From the IMG/VR virus record IMGVR_UViG_3300018421_000009: a stretch of DNA of 64,000 nt; one strand, written 5' to 3'. Below the pieces are notes generated by a model. That model made no database searches. It was not told the DNA's origin and was given only the letters and a program-made list of their open reading frames with translations. Made by a program: the position numbers and the translations under genes. Source of the stretch: an uncultured virus (IMG/VR IMGVR_UViG_3300018421_000009). Lineage: Duplodnaviria > Heunggongvirae > Uroviricota > Caudoviricetes. Shown here in pieces: positions 10,190 to 20,480 of the stretch (position 1 is the stretch's first letter; every line of letters begins with the position of its first letter).

Positions 10190-11074
10190 ATAGATATCGC
10201 TTAAACAAGCACATACACCTTTTCCGCATTGTACTGTTTCAGTTGGTAACTTATAACGCTCAATGTTTCCTAATGCGCCGCCTTCTTTACAATCTGCTCT
10301 ATATATGTTACCCCACATATCAACATTAATCATATGTAGTCCGGCCCAACATTTCCAACCATAGAATGTATTTTGATTTTTAGCAATTAGATCATTAGCA
10401 GTTACAGGTACTTCATCTAACAGCAATTCTCCTCTGTGTAAATGTGTGTCAGGAAGGTTTGTAAAGAAAGGCCAATTTTTAATTGTGTCTAATTGATCTT
10501 GTGTATAGTTTGCTGGTTTATTTGTAATTGCATCTATGTTAGACTTATCTAAAATAATTTTAGGCCATATACTAACGTTATCACTGCTTGAATATAATTC
10601 TTCTGCAATGTTAAACATTTCATTAAAGTTTTCTGGCGATAACATTAGATTAACAAATACAGGACAATAACTTTCTTGTATTACTTCTTTAATATGATCT
10701 AGTTCTGCATATTCAGGGTGGTATGAAATTATATAGCCATCTGTGTATTGAGATATTGTTTTGTAATATTCTGCACTCTTGCTACCGTTAGTTAAAAAAC
10801 TAAATGTGTGTCCTCTATCTTTAACAAGTTTAGCCAAGTCAAGAAAATGTTTCCAATGTGTAGGCTCGCCACCACTTAGTCTATAACAAATATCTTTTCC
10901 TGGTACATTAAAATTTTCAACAAAACGTTTTACAGTTTCCCATTGAGGTTGTCCTGTACTACCATTATGCAAATGGTCAGGACAATAAGAACAACGATAG
11001 TTGCACTTGTTAGAAAGTGTCCAACTAACAAGGAACCAGTTTTCTTTTTCAGGATTTTGATATGTTAACTTCAT
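10169..11074 (-). CDS. Radical SAM protein (CNYxCSYC-P subtype)
   Basis: CNYRCSYC, GGEPT, LTNGS; C-terminal GWKCWAG..C..CGKGVCAC. Confidence 0.9.
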   Translation of the reverse strand: MKLTYQNPEKENWFLVSWTLSNKCNYRCSYCPDHLHNGSTGQPQWETVKRFVENFNVPGKDICYRLSGGEPTHWKHFLDLAKLVKDRGHTFSFLTNGSKSAEYYKTISQYTDGYIISYHPEYAELDHIKEVIQESYCPVFVNLMLSPENFNEMFNIAEELYSSSDNVSIWPKIILDKSNIDAITNKPANYTQDQLDTIKNWPFFTNLPDTHLHRGELLLDEVPVTANDLIAKNQNTFYGWKCWAGLHMINVDMWGNIYRADCKEGGALGNIERYKLPTETVQCGKGVCACLSDIYLRKESV

Positions 11075-11727
11075 TCTGCCATTGTGTTGTCTAGTATAAG
11101 TTTCTGTGTACGGTCATTTAGTTTAACTGTTAAAATTAAACTGTATAAATTATCACTAAAACTAAACACACTGTGATCTAGTTGAAAGTTTGTAAAATAC
11201 ACATAACCAGGTTCGGGGTATCGAGGCTGTCCGTCTATCATCTGGACATAGTTTTCAGGACTACATCTACCAAACACAACTAGCAATCTAAAGTACTCTG
11301 GACTAGTTCCGTGAAAATCCCTATGAGGTGGAAAAAATCCACCTTGGTCAATACGTAGTAAATGTACACGCCCAATGTCTGGAGAAAATATATCTACTAG
11401 TTTTGCAATCTCTGGAATTTTATGATAAACTTCTGTAGGTGTGTTAAAGTTTTCTTCTTTCATCTCAACATCGTGATACTTTTGCATATACCCAAAACTG
11501 TTTAAATGATAGTTGTCCATAACATCACCAGTATGACTAGTTACCGGAAGACCCCAACGATTATTGTATTTGTCTTTTTTAACATTGTAAGGACACCAGT
11601 TATCTTTAAACTGTTCTAACTGTTGTTCAACTTGATTATGATCAATATGCCATTTAAGTTTTACTTGGTTTCCAAGGTTTACTAAACTTTGCCAACGCAA
11701 TGCTCTTTCAATTTCTGGGCTATACAT
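11071..11727 (-). CDS. 2OG-Fe(II) oxygenase / Asp-beta-hydroxylase-like
   Basis: GRVHLLRIDQGGFFPPHRD...HSVFS (HxD...H). Start at ATG 11727 (MYSPEI) with a GGAG SD. Confidence 0.75.
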   Translation of the reverse strand: MYSPEIERALRWQSLVNLGNQVKLKWHIDHNQVEQQLEQFKDNWCPYNVKKDKYNNRWGLPVTSHTGDVMDNYHLNSFGYMQKYHDVEMKEENFNTPTEVYHKIPEIAKLVDIFSPDIGRVHLLRIDQGGFFPPHRDFHGTSPEYFRLLVVFGRCSPENYVQMIDGQPRYPEPGYVYFTNFQLDHSVFSFSDNLYSLILTVKLNDRTQKLILDNTMAE

Positions 11728-13045
11728 ATATACTCTCCAATTCCGGAAACACACTAACAAAATCTTGTTCCCTAGTTTTGTCACTAATCTTTAAATACTC
11801 TTGCAATGCAGGAAGTTTGTGACTCCAATCTTCAGCATTCATATAATCAACAAGTCCTAACCAACGTTCTTTACCATAAGGATTTGTATTAAATTCAAAA
11901 TCACGTAAAAAATGTGTTGCAAAGTTAGTTATCTTTGCACTTACCTCTTGTTTAATGTCTTTGGGTAGTACTCTTACATTCATATAACTAGGCAAGTAGA
12001 CTAAATGTAATCCTATAACTCCAGCACCATAAGGAATTTGATTAATCTTTTTAAAATTCTGTGCTAGTTTCCATTCGGCTAAATCAACAATATGGTGTAC
12101 GTTCAATGCTTGTACTGCACAAGCAATGTTAACAGTAACGTTATCTGGGGTATTGTCCAAGACTTTTAAGTTTTGTTCAATTTGTGTAAACTTGCTAGGA
12201 TATCTTATATAGTCATTACGTTCGTTTATAGCATCAATACTAAAATTAAATTTAACGTGTTTAAAGTTATTCCATAGTTCTAATAATTCGTTGTTAATTT
12301 CTGTGCCGTTTGAGTTGTAACGTAAAATACAATTCTTCGCATACCCTTGTTCAACCATATATGTAAGAATAGCATAATGCTCTGGAATCATTAAAGGCTC
12401 ACCACCAGCAAAATATAATTCTTTAATATGCTGTGCTTGACTTTTCATTGTGTCAAGGAAACTGCCTTTCTTGTACCAAGTGTAATCAAAATTAGGATTC
12501 CAACCCTGATCTTCTTTTAATTGAGGATTTGTGTACAGTGGATATTGTAATTTCCAATCTTTAATCCAACTAGAACTATCGTGCGGACTACACATAACAC
12601 ATTTTAAATTACACATATTACCTAATCGTAAATCAAAGTATGGAATGTTTACAGGTAAACTTCCGTCATCGTTAGTTTGTGCTACTATACTGTCAACATC
12701 AATTCGTTCCTTCCAAACTTCTGTTTCCCAATTACGTTTACTTTTAATTCCTTTTGATTCTTCTTCAAAACATTTACGACAACTTGCAGGCACTTCACCG
12801 TTTAACATTTGTAATCTTGTGTTACGCATATGCTCTGAGTTCCACACTTCTTCAATAGTATGATCTCGAACGTTCATTGCAACGCCGTCGCGTTTTACAA
12901 GTCCAACTTCTTTGTCGTCAGTTACACCTGCGCCACTAGCATTAGCGGTACAGCATACACGCACATCGCCGTTAGGACGAGTTGCTAAATGTATCCACGG
13001 TAAAGGACAAAATGTCTTAGTTGAATTGTTCTTTGAATCTGTCAT
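11720..13045 (-). CDS. Twitch-domain radical SAM protein
   Basis: FCPLPWIH..NGDVRVCC..CRKC N-terminal domain; CNLKCVMC; AGGEPL; NSNGT. Confidence 0.92.
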   Translation of the reverse strand: MTDSKNNSTKTFCPLPWIHLATRPNGDVRVCCTANASGAGVTDDKEVGLVKRDGVAMNVRDHTIEEVWNSEHMRNTRLQMLNGEVPASCRKCFEEESKGIKSKRNWETEVWKERIDVDSIVAQTNDDGSLPVNIPYFDLRLGNMCNLKCVMCSPHDSSSWIKDWKLQYPLYTNPQLKEDQGWNPNFDYTWYKKGSFLDTMKSQAQHIKELYFAGGEPLMIPEHYAILTYMVEQGYAKNCILRYNSNGTEINNELLELWNNFKHVKFNFSIDAINERNDYIRYPSKFTQIEQNLKVLDNTPDNVTVNIACAVQALNVHHIVDLAEWKLAQNFKKINQIPYGAGVIGLHLVYLPSYMNVRVLPKDIKQEVSAKITNFATHFLRDFEFNTNPYGKERWLGLVDYMNAEDWSHKLPALQEYLKISDKTREQDFVSVFPELESIYV

Positions 13046-14003
13046 ATGTTCCGCACTGTTTTTTACATTCTTTTAATGGATTAGTTTTCCAACCACGTTC
13101 TATTGTATCAAAAAATCCGTCATCGAATATTTCTTGCATAGTATTACTATGCAAATTAGGGTAATTTCCAAAATGATTTAAAAAGTCAATTCTACTTGTT
13201 GATGTAGGTTGTATATAATCATGATCCAGCCAGCAACAAGGTAATAGATTTCCATTAGCACCTATATAAATTGCACGTTCTTCTTTTACTTTACATTTAA
13301 TAGTACACACCTCTTCAGATGCTTTTACTTGTTTAATTTTTTCTTTCTGTTGTGTACTTTTTTCTGTCGGGTATAGCACATCAACTTGTTTTCCGTTTTT
13401 GTCAAGTACAGGTAACGCATCATCTCTAAATCTGCTTGTGTTTTTACTATAGAATTCTTTAAACCCCATATCACCTGCCATATCTCTACAACGATCAACT
13501 TGATGAGAATTATGACTGAAGATCAACATATCCCATATAGCGTATCCGCCAGCATTAATAAATGCTCTTGCATTTTCTAAAATTTTATTCCAGTCTGTAC
13601 CAATACGATATTTGCTGTGTGTATCTTCTAATCCGTCAATACCAAAACGAACACGCACATTTAATTTAGCAAGTTTTTCAAACCACTTTGTATCTCTAGC
13701 ACTTCCGTTTGTATTCATACTTAGGCTAATTGATGAATTTGTTTCACGTAGATATTCAAATATTTCAAGTGTGTCTTTTGCAATAATAGGATCACCAAAG
13801 TTACCACACATATACAAACGATCTAGTTGTCGTACAATGTTTCTCGGTATCCAGTTAACAAAAGTTCCTAGGTCAACTTCATTTAATTTAAGAAAAGGAT
13901 TTAATGGGCCGCCTTGTAAATTTCTTGCACACATAGGACAAGAGGCTTGACACTTTGAAGTGACTTCTAAATGTATTGCTCTTATCTCGTCTAGTTTATA
14001 CAT
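13017..14003 (-). CDS. Radical SAM protein with C-terminal twitch/SPASM-like domain (GxxGDP subtype)
   Basis: CQASCPMC, GNFGDP, NTNGS, FGIDG; LLPCC...CKKQC. Clear paralog of 2487..3482. Confidence 0.9.
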   Translation of the reverse strand: MYKLDEIRAIHLEVTSKCQASCPMCARNLQGGPLNPFLKLNEVDLGTFVNWIPRNIVRQLDRLYMCGNFGDPIIAKDTLEIFEYLRETNSSISLSMNTNGSARDTKWFEKLAKLNVRVRFGIDGLEDTHSKYRIGTDWNKILENARAFINAGGYAIWDMLIFSHNSHQVDRCRDMAGDMGFKEFYSKNTSRFRDDALPVLDKNGKQVDVLYPTEKSTQQKEKIKQVKASEEVCTIKCKVKEERAIYIGANGNLLPCCWLDHDYIQPTSTSRIDFLNHFGNYPNLHSNTMQEIFDDGFFDTIERGWKTNPLKECKKQCGTYDRFKEQFN

Positions 14004-14602
14004 TACTGCTTCTTACCTATAATCATATAACGTTCGTATTTCTGTTGAGGGAATGTTCCTCTAAAGAAAGGTTTAATTTGACTTTGTGTTGTAAAGTGGT
14101 TGATACCTTTTGCACATCTAATATGTTCATCAAGTTCATCGTAATTATTACTTTGTAATATAATAGTAGCATTGTCAGGTACATTGTTTAACCACTGCTC
14201 ATATTGTTCCTGTGTAATATGTTCACAACTCGTGTTAATAACAATGTCTGCTTCGTACTTATAATCACACATATCTGCTGTAACGGCTGTAAATGCTCCG
14301 GACATTTCTTGACGTTTGTTTATTGTACTAGCAATTTGTTGGCATTCAGGATCAACATCAACTGATGTAATATGACTAACATTTACTTTACTGTTAAAAA
14401 TAAGACTAGCAAGTACTCCGTTCCAACCACCGTGTATTACAATTTTATTTTTAGTAGGCAAAGCAGACTCTTCTAATTGTTCAACTAACCAACGCTTACT
14501 ACGTAGTTGTCCTTTCCAAAAACTTTCTAATGTTCGATACTTGTCTTCGCTATTCCTAATAGCGTCCATCCAAAACATAATATCTTCTAATTCAATTCTC
14601 AT
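14003..14602 (-). CDS. Class I SAM-dependent methyltransferase-like protein
   Basis: IVIHGGWNG (motif I), SVDVD (motif II), TADM, VINTSCEH. Confidence 0.75.
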   Translation of the reverse strand: MRIELEDIMFWMDAIRNSEDKYRTLESFWKGQLRSKRWLVEQLEESALPTKNKIVIHGGWNGVLASLIFNSKVNVSHITSVDVDPECQQIASTINKRQEMSGAFTAVTADMCDYKYEADIVINTSCEHITQEQYEQWLNNVPDNATIILQSNNYDELDEHIRCAKGINHFTTQSQIKPFFRGTFPQQKYERYMIIGKKQ

Positions 14603-15576
14603 AACTTTACCTTTGGTATTTTGCTGTCTGCACTGCTTACACAGGTATCAGTAATGCATTTAGATGGTGCTTTAAACAGCGTAAAACCGTCGTACAGCGT
14701 GCCTAAAGGCTCTTCCGCACAACTGTATGCCCTCTTAACTTCTTCGCCGCGTATAATACAACTTTGATATCCTGCAGAGCAGTTCCATCCTTTAAAACGA
14801 TTAAAGTCAAAAGCATTGAAACGCTCTGCTTGGTCCATATAGTAATCCTGAATTCCGTCCGTAAGTTTTATTTGGTAGACTTCTTCGTCTTCGACTTTTT
14901 GGGGGAATCCTTCTTGCATGATTTTGATTTGCTCTTTGGTATATCCTTCCACCACGTAGGAGGCAGTTGGGTCGGATTGAGGCTTGAGAGTGACATTAAT
15001 ACCTCTGGCGGCAAATCGTTCACAACGTTCGAATAGTGTTTCGAAAAGCGTTGGAACCATGACTTGATTAATTGTAACATATACACCACCTTTCATGAGT
15101 TGTAAGCACTTATCACCAAACTCTTGTTCATTTGCAAATTCGGCATGATAACTTGCTGTTACGCTTCTGCGTGATAGATTTGCTGTTGCATCAATAAACC
15201 TACCCCACCATTTAGATCCAGGCGACAAGTTTGTTGTCATATGTAAACTTTGGTAAGGTGCTTCTGTATCGCTACAGTAATACTCTACGAGTTCGCCAAA
15301 ATTTTTGTATGCGGTTGGCTCGCCGCCTGAAAAACTGAAATGAAAATCTGTAAATCCGTTTGCTCTTGCTTGGCGTTTAATTTCATCAATCGTCTTAGTA
15401 TAAATTTCAAAAGGTTGATGATCTGGCTTATCAGTATTAGCATAAGGCCAACAGTAACTACATTTGTAATTACAAAAACGTCCAAGGATCCAACTAACGT
15501 TAAACAACTTAGTGTCTAACATTGTTTTTTGTCCGAACTTAACTATGTCTTTAAATGGAATCTGCATAATCGTCAA
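14599..15576 (-). CDS. Radical SAM protein (CNYxCSYC-P subtype)
   Basis: CNYKCSYC, SGGEPT, TTNLS; C-terminal GWNCSAG..YSC..CITDTC. Confidence 0.9.
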   Translation of the reverse strand: MTIMQIPFKDIVKFGQKTMLDTKLFNVSWILGRFCNYKCSYCWPYANTDKPDHQPFEIYTKTIDEIKRQARANGFTDFHFSFSGGEPTAYKNFGELVEYYCSDTEAPYQSLHMTTNLSPGSKWWGRFIDATANLSRRSVTASYHAEFANEQEFGDKCLQLMKGGVYVTINQVMVPTLFETLFERCERFAARGINVTLKPQSDPTASYVVEGYTKEQIKIMQEGFPQKVEDEEVYQIKLTDGIQDYYMDQAERFNAFDFNRFKGWNCSAGYQSCIIRGEEVKRAYSCAEEPLGTLYDGFTLFKAPSKCITDTCVSSADSKIPKVKL

Positions 15577-16237
15577 ATTGTTCCTTTAACCATTTAAAGT
15601 CATTAATCTTATATAACATTTCTTTATTGTCTTTATATTGTTCGCCCCAGTGCTTTCCTATTAGAGCACCATGAATAGCATATTTGCCGTACGGTCCGTT
15701 TCCTACTGTACACCAAGTTTCTAAACGTTTTTCTGTTTCTTCGTCTACTTGACCTTTAATAGTTCTACTTGCTAATTTTGCACATTCTCTAAATGCACTC
15801 TTCCAAGTTGAAAATTCATCAGTATCAAAAACAGTCATGTTGCTTACTTCAGGCATTGCTTTAAATTTACTACTAATACTAGTTGTCATGTCGGGTACGG
15901 TGGTGTCCATGTTCAGTGTGAGTGATCTAGGGAGAAGTTTAACACCACCGTATCCATATTCCAAGTTGTTTACAGGATTTAGACTTCTCCATACATGAAC
16001 TGTCTCTAAATCCCACTCGGAAACCTCGTAATCAAAATTAAAATCGTTTTGAAGTACTGCATCGCCATCAACTACCCAAAACATTTTAGTAAAACATTTT
16101 TTAGCCGCAAGTACGTGTGCTTGATGGATTCCGTCTACATCTTTTACACGCTTGACCATAGGAAATTTACTTTTTAACATTTCAAAGTTTTGGTCAGCGT
16201 GGGGTTCTCCATAACTAATAAAAACTATATCATACAT
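15551..16237 (-). CDS. GT-A-fold (GT2-like) glycosyltransferase
   Basis: DIVFISYGEP...WVVDGD (DxD motif)...YGYGGVKL...WKSAFRE; paralog of 24632..25522. Confidence 0.65.
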   Translation of the reverse strand: MYDIVFISYGEPHADQNFEMLKSKFPMVKRVKDVDGIHQAHVLAAKKCFTKMFWVVDGDAVLQNDFNFDYEVSEWDLETVHVWRSLNPVNNLEYGYGGVKLLPRSLTLNMDTTVPDMTTSISSKFKAMPEVSNMTVFDTDEFSTWKSAFRECAKLASRTIKGQVDEETEKRLETWCTVGNGPYGKYAIHGALIGKHWGEQYKDNKEMLYKINDFKWLKEQFDDYADSI

Positions 16238-17043
16238 CTTACGTTATCCCTAATTTTATCTACTACTTCCTGATGAATTAACGGACCGTCATGTGCGTTG
16301 TCTCGTGCTCTATCTTTATTATTTAAATTAATTTTGGCAAACATATCCTTATCATAAGAAGTAACATAGTCTCCTTGGAAGGTCCAATGAAAGACTGGAA
16401 CGCCTAGTGCGTTCCATAAGTTGTTTACACTATTAATATGTAAACTATTTTCAAACATCATTTGTCCGTCTTCTACTGCCCAACGCTTAAAATACCATTG
16501 TGAATCTCTCATTTCGTAAGTATCAGCAGGTTCGTCTAAAACATTATCCCATTGAATATTTCTATCTTCTAATCTAATTGCTTTTTTAAATAAACCTTCA
16601 CGTTCTATATAACCAAAACTTTTTCTCGATGATTGGGGCCATTGTACAACAACTGCTCGTGGTTTAACAAACTTATTTTTAACAAACAACTGTGTATTGA
16701 TATTAATGATATCGGGTCCTGTTCCGGCCTTTGCTAAATTAACAACTTCTATGTCTAAATCTTTACCTAGTACATTACACCAAATTTCGTCATCAAACAA
16801 CCCAACACCTTCAGTATAACTACACCCAAAGACTAAAATATAATCTCCTAAGTTATCTAATTCTTTTGTTCTATATCCTAAACTATTAAACTTGTATTCT
16901 AAACTTGCCGCTGTTTTAAAATATCTCCAATCAGGTTTATTGCTGGCGACAAAGTTTTCAAAGTCATCACCACAATACCAATTGAAAGACTTTCCTGCTA
17001 CTTCTGAAAAATACAACAGTGGTTTTGTTTTAGAATAAATCAT
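16225..17043 (-). CDS. SGNH/GDSL-hydrolase-like protein (possible acyltransferase/esterase)
   Basis: FGCSYTEG (block I Ser), NLAKAGTG (block II), C-terminal RDNAH (DxxH). Confidence 0.55.
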   Translation of the reverse strand: MIYSKTKPLLYFSEVAGKSFNWYCGDDFENFVASNKPDWRYFKTAASLEYKFNSLGYRTKELDNLGDYILVFGCSYTEGVGLFDDEIWCNVLGKDLDIEVVNLAKAGTGPDIININTQLFVKNKFVKPRAVVVQWPQSSRKSFGYIEREGLFKKAIRLEDRNIQWDNVLDEPADTYEMRDSQWYFKRWAVEDGQMMFENSLHINSVNNLWNALGVPVFHWTFQGDYVTSYDKDMFAKINLNNKDRARDNAHDGPLIHQEVVDKIRDNVRCMI

Positions 17044-18227
17044 CTAGTATTTCCGTAATGTATTACCATATACCTTGGATCCTTCTCTACTTGTCTCCAA
17101 GGATCAATAATAATACTGTCAGTTGAATAGTCTAAATACATTTCAGGATGGCACATTAAAACAATGCCTCCTATTGATGCCGCACTACTTGGCATTTCAC
17201 TTGCTAATGGATCGATATAAATTGCCGAGTGTCCTAACTCTTTAATATAATGATCAACAAGAAGTGCATAACTTCCGTCGATATAATTTACACCCGGTTT
17301 ATATGATATTCCATTTAATATAATATTGCCGCCGAATTTTTCTTTTGTTTCAATAACAAATTTTGCAAGATTTTTTGCTTGTACTTCTCTTGCTGTCATA
17401 ATACTATCAAAGATATCATACTGCAAGTCTAATTCTTTTGCCATATATCGCAATGCAATATTATCTCTTGGATGACAACTGCCACCGTCTCCCATGCCTG
17501 CTGTCATATAACGATCACTCATAATACGCATTGTTGAATCAGCAAGTGCTTTAGTAACTACATCAACATTAATGTTGCCTTGTTTTTGTGCTACATCTTG
17601 CATCATATTAACAAGACTTAGTTTTGTACTAATAAACGTATTGTAAAAAACTTTAATACATTCGCATTCGTCATATGTTCCTATAACGTAACGTGGATCG
17701 TTTTCCATTACTGTGTCGTAAAAATCACGCAACTGTTTTGCGTCACCTGTTTCGCTACCGTCGTCAGTACCAATCATAATCATTTCAGGATTTACCATAT
17801 CCCAACCTACAGTTCCCATAGCAATTAGATAAGGATTATAAACAAATCGTGTATTAGTTACAAGCGGAACAAATTCTCTACGTGTTGTTCCAGGCAATAC
17901 AGTTGATATTAAAACAAGCAACTGTTTTTTGTTCATATATTTGTTTGCTTCTTTTAATACATCGATCACAATAGAGTAGTTAAAGTCTTTAGGCTCTAAA
18001 TGACTTGTAGGACGTCTACCGTCATAGTCTGGATGATGTGGTGTTGGTACTGCAACAAATACAATATCTGCTCCTTTAACCGTTTCCTCGATAGTATCTT
18101 TCTGATTGATTAAATCAGAGGAAATAGTAGTAACGTCATATCCATTGACTGTATGTCCTTTTTTAATAATTTCTTCAGCACAAGGCACACCTAGTTTACC
18201 TACGCCAATGTAACCAATTACACTCAT
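17040..18227 (-). CDS. ugd: UDP-glucose/GDP-mannose dehydrogenase family protein
   Basis: GVGKLG Rossmann motif, FVAVPTP, STVLPGT, KVFYNTF, catalytic GGSCHPRD, GISYKP. Exact substrate unknown. Confidence 0.85.
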   Translation of the reverse strand: MSVIGYIGVGKLGVPCAEEIIKKGHTVNGYDVTTISSDLINQKDTIEETVKGADIVFVAVPTPHHPDYDGRRPTSHLEPKDFNYSIVIDVLKEANKYMNKKQLLVLISTVLPGTTRREFVPLVTNTRFVYNPYLIAMGTVGWDMVNPEMIMIGTDDGSETGDAKQLRDFYDTVMENDPRYVIGTYDECECIKVFYNTFISTKLSLVNMMQDVAQKQGNINVDVVTKALADSTMRIMSDRYMTAGMGDGGSCHPRDNIALRYMAKELDLQYDIFDSIMTAREVQAKNLAKFVIETKEKFGGNIILNGISYKPGVNYIDGSYALLVDHYIKELGHSAIYIDPLASEMPSSAASIGGIVLMCHPEMYLDYSTDSIIIDPWRQVEKDPRYMVIHYGNTR

Positions 18228-19183
18228 TTCATCTCCTTAATTAAATTCTCGTAACCGCCAAACTTTAAAACACTGTTTGGTACTAAACTTTTGTCTTGAC
18301 TAATAGACACTAGTATATTATAGTTTCTTTCTGCTTTTTTTGCAACCTTTTTATATAACTCATTATAATCCAAATTTGTAATTTTCTTAACCTGTTCGAC
18401 AAGTTTTTGTAATCTTAGTTGGTCATCTAAGATATTGTCAAAACTGTAATCAAAAATTTCGTCATATAATTCAAAACCGTGTTCTGTTAATGCTTTATGA
18501 AAGCCAGGTACACTCCAAACTAAAAAAGGTTTTTTAAAATAAATTGGTGTGTATGTTTTTTCAGTTGGAAATATTGTGTCCATAGTAGACTCATTAACTA
18601 AACTCATAAAACTTTGAAAAAAGGCCTGCGGAAATGATCCATATTGTTCTGTTGTTTTTGCATATTCTGAGTCAATGATTAATCGTTTCTGCTTCCAATG
18701 TTTAAAAGGATAATCTTTATTTGTTTCATTCCAACTAATTGCACCATAAGGTAACAAATTTTCTCGAGAAAGCATATCCATCATTTGACATCTGTGTTGC
18801 CACGGCTTGTTGTTTAATGATACATACGCCTGTGTAAAATCTTTATTGTTTGCAGTATGCCCAAATCTTGTTAGTTCATAATAAGTTTTTACAGGCCAAA
18901 AAGTCTTCCAATAGACAACGTTGTTACCTGGATGGAAAACTTTATCGGTAGGAAACCCTCCACACACAAATTCTACAGTGTTTGAACTATTACTAATGGC
19001 TTGTTTAATTTCTTGCAACAGATTGGAATTTTCTGGACTGTCCCAACCCATAATTGCAAATTCTTCTGCACCTAATACTCGTATAAGACTATCGGTGTTA
19101 TTTTGGATTGTGCTCAAAAGCCTTTCAAGACTCCAGGACCTATGCCATAACACTAAATTGATTATTTTCTCAAACTCACTCAC
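18224..19183 (-). CDS. Glycosyltransferase-like protein (GT10/GT-B-like C-terminal motif)
   Basis: LNNKPWQHR...LVNEST..FPTEKTY.PI..KPF...GFELYDEIFDYSFD. Start placed at in-frame GTG 19183, 5 nt after ATAAGTA; the ORF-track start at 19276 overlaps the divergent gene. Confidence 0.55.
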   Translation of the reverse strand: MSEFEKIINLVLWHRSWSLERLLSTIQNNTDSLIRVLGAEEFAIMGWDSPENSNLLQEIKQAISNSSNTVEFVCGGFPTDKVFHPGNNVVYWKTFWPVKTYYELTRFGHTANNKDFTQAYVSLNNKPWQHRCQMMDMLSRENLLPYGAISWNETNKDYPFKHWKQKRLIIDSEYAKTTEQYGSFPQAFFQSFMSLVNESTMDTIFPTEKTYTPIYFKKPFLVWSVPGFHKALTEHGFELYDEIFDYSFDNILDDQLRLQKLVEQVKKITNLDYNELYKKVAKKAERNYNILVSISQDKSLVPNSVLKFGGYENLIKEMK

Positions 19184-19188
19184 AATTA

Positions 19189-19195
19189 TACTTAT
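19189..19195 (-). promoter_or_regulatory. Putative late promoter variant ATAAGTA
   Basis: 5 nt upstream of in-frame GTG 19183; back-to-back with TATAAATA on the other strand. Confidence 0.5.
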
Positions 19196-19205
19196 TATCT
19201 GCGTA

Positions 19206-19213
19206 TATAAATA
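19206..19213 (+). promoter_or_regulatory. T4-type late promoter TATAAATA
   Basis: Exact consensus 5 nt upstream of ATG 19219. Confidence 0.75.
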
Positions 19214-19218
19214 TGTAT

Positions 19219-19803
19219 ATGTTTGAAACTGTGAAAAAATTTGAAAAAGCAATAGCAGAGTATTATGGTGCTCCATATGCTGTTGCTGTTGATAGTTGTA
19301 CCCATGCTATTGAATTATGCTTACGTTATTTGAATCCAACACACAAAATTACTATACCTAGTCGAACATATATTAGTATCCCGTTCACACTTGAGAAACT
19401 CGGTCTTGCGTGGGAGTTTGCAGATGTTGAATGGAGTAAAGCATATAACTTAGGTGGCACTAATATTATCGATGCCGCAACACTATTTGAAAAAGATTCT
19501 TATGTTAATAACTCTTTTATGTGTTTAAGTTTCCAATACAAGAAAGCACTAAGTTTAGGTAGAGGCGGTGCTATACTTTGTTCTAATGAACGCGATTATG
19601 AAACATTAAAACAAATGGCATATGACGGAAGAACAGATGACAAACCTTGGGCAGAACAAAATATCAAATACATTGGATATCATTATTACATGACTCCTGA
19701 AACTGCACAACTAGGATTAGAAAAAATTAAAGATTTAGAAACCGGTAAATTATGGACTAGTCAAGACTATCCTTACTTGCCAGACATGGAGGTTTTTAAA
19801 TGA
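19219..19803 (+). CDS. DegT/DnrJ/EryC1/StrS-family PLP aminotransferase (shortened)
   Basis: FEKAIAEYYGAPYAVAVDSCTHAIEL, IIDAA, LSFQYKK (PLP Lys) LGRGGAIL, GYHYYM; about 194 aa. Confidence 0.85.
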   Translation: MFETVKKFEKAIAEYYGAPYAVAVDSCTHAIELCLRYLNPTHKITIPSRTYISIPFTLEKLGLAWEFADVEWSKAYNLGGTNIIDAATLFEKDSYVNNSFMCLSFQYKKALSLGRGGAILCSNERDYETLKQMAYDGRTDDKPWAEQNIKYIGYHYYMTPETAQLGLEKIKDLETGKLWTSQDYPYLPDMEVFK

Positions 19804-20480
19804 GATTGTTTACCTTTGGATGTTCGTACACCGAATACATTTGGCCGACATGGAGTGATATAATTGCAAAAGATTTAGACTGCGAAAATCATAATTATGC
19901 AAAAGCAGGCATGGGCAATCAAGGTATTGCTTGCCGCACTATAGAAGCAAATGAAAAACATAATTTTAATCAAAATGATCTTGTTTGTATTTTATGGAGC
20001 AGTTGGCAAAGAGTTGATTTACTTAAAGAAGGCAAATGGGTAACTGAAGGTAATATTTTAAACAGTGACTATTACAGCGACGAATATCTAAGTAACCACT
20101 GGAGTGAAGAAAACGATATAATTAGAAACAAAACAGCAATATTGCAAACAAATGCATACTTAAAATCTTTTCATGTAGATTTATTTCAAGGACACAAAGA
20201 TAAAGTTGATGAAAATTTGCCAGGTGCTGAAAACGTATTTCCTAGAACAAAAAACGTTTATGTTACCGACTCGCACCCAAGTATATTAGAACATATGCGT
20301 TATGTAGAAAATACAATTTATCCGTACCTCGGATATACACTAAAACAAACAACTAAAGACTGGTGTAATGAAATGGAGATAATCGTACAACAAATCAAAG
20401 GTGAAAATTCTAGAATGAGTAATCTTGATTTAGAAGATTTAATTTTAAAACACTGGCCTGGAAGGGTTTCATATGTCTAG
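19800..20480 (+). CDS. SGNH/GDSL-hydrolase-like protein
   Basis: FGCSYT, NYAKAGMGN, DSHP; paralog of 16225..17043. Confidence 0.55.
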   Translation: MRLFTFGCSYTEYIWPTWSDIIAKDLDCENHNYAKAGMGNQGIACRTIEANEKHNFNQNDLVCILWSSWQRVDLLKEGKWVTEGNILNSDYYSDEYLSNHWSEENDIIRNKTAILQTNAYLKSFHVDLFQGHKDKVDENLPGAENVFPRTKNVYVTDSHPSILEHMRYVENTIYPYLGYTLKQTTKDWCNEMEIIVQQIKGENSRMSNLDLEDLILKHWPGRVSYV

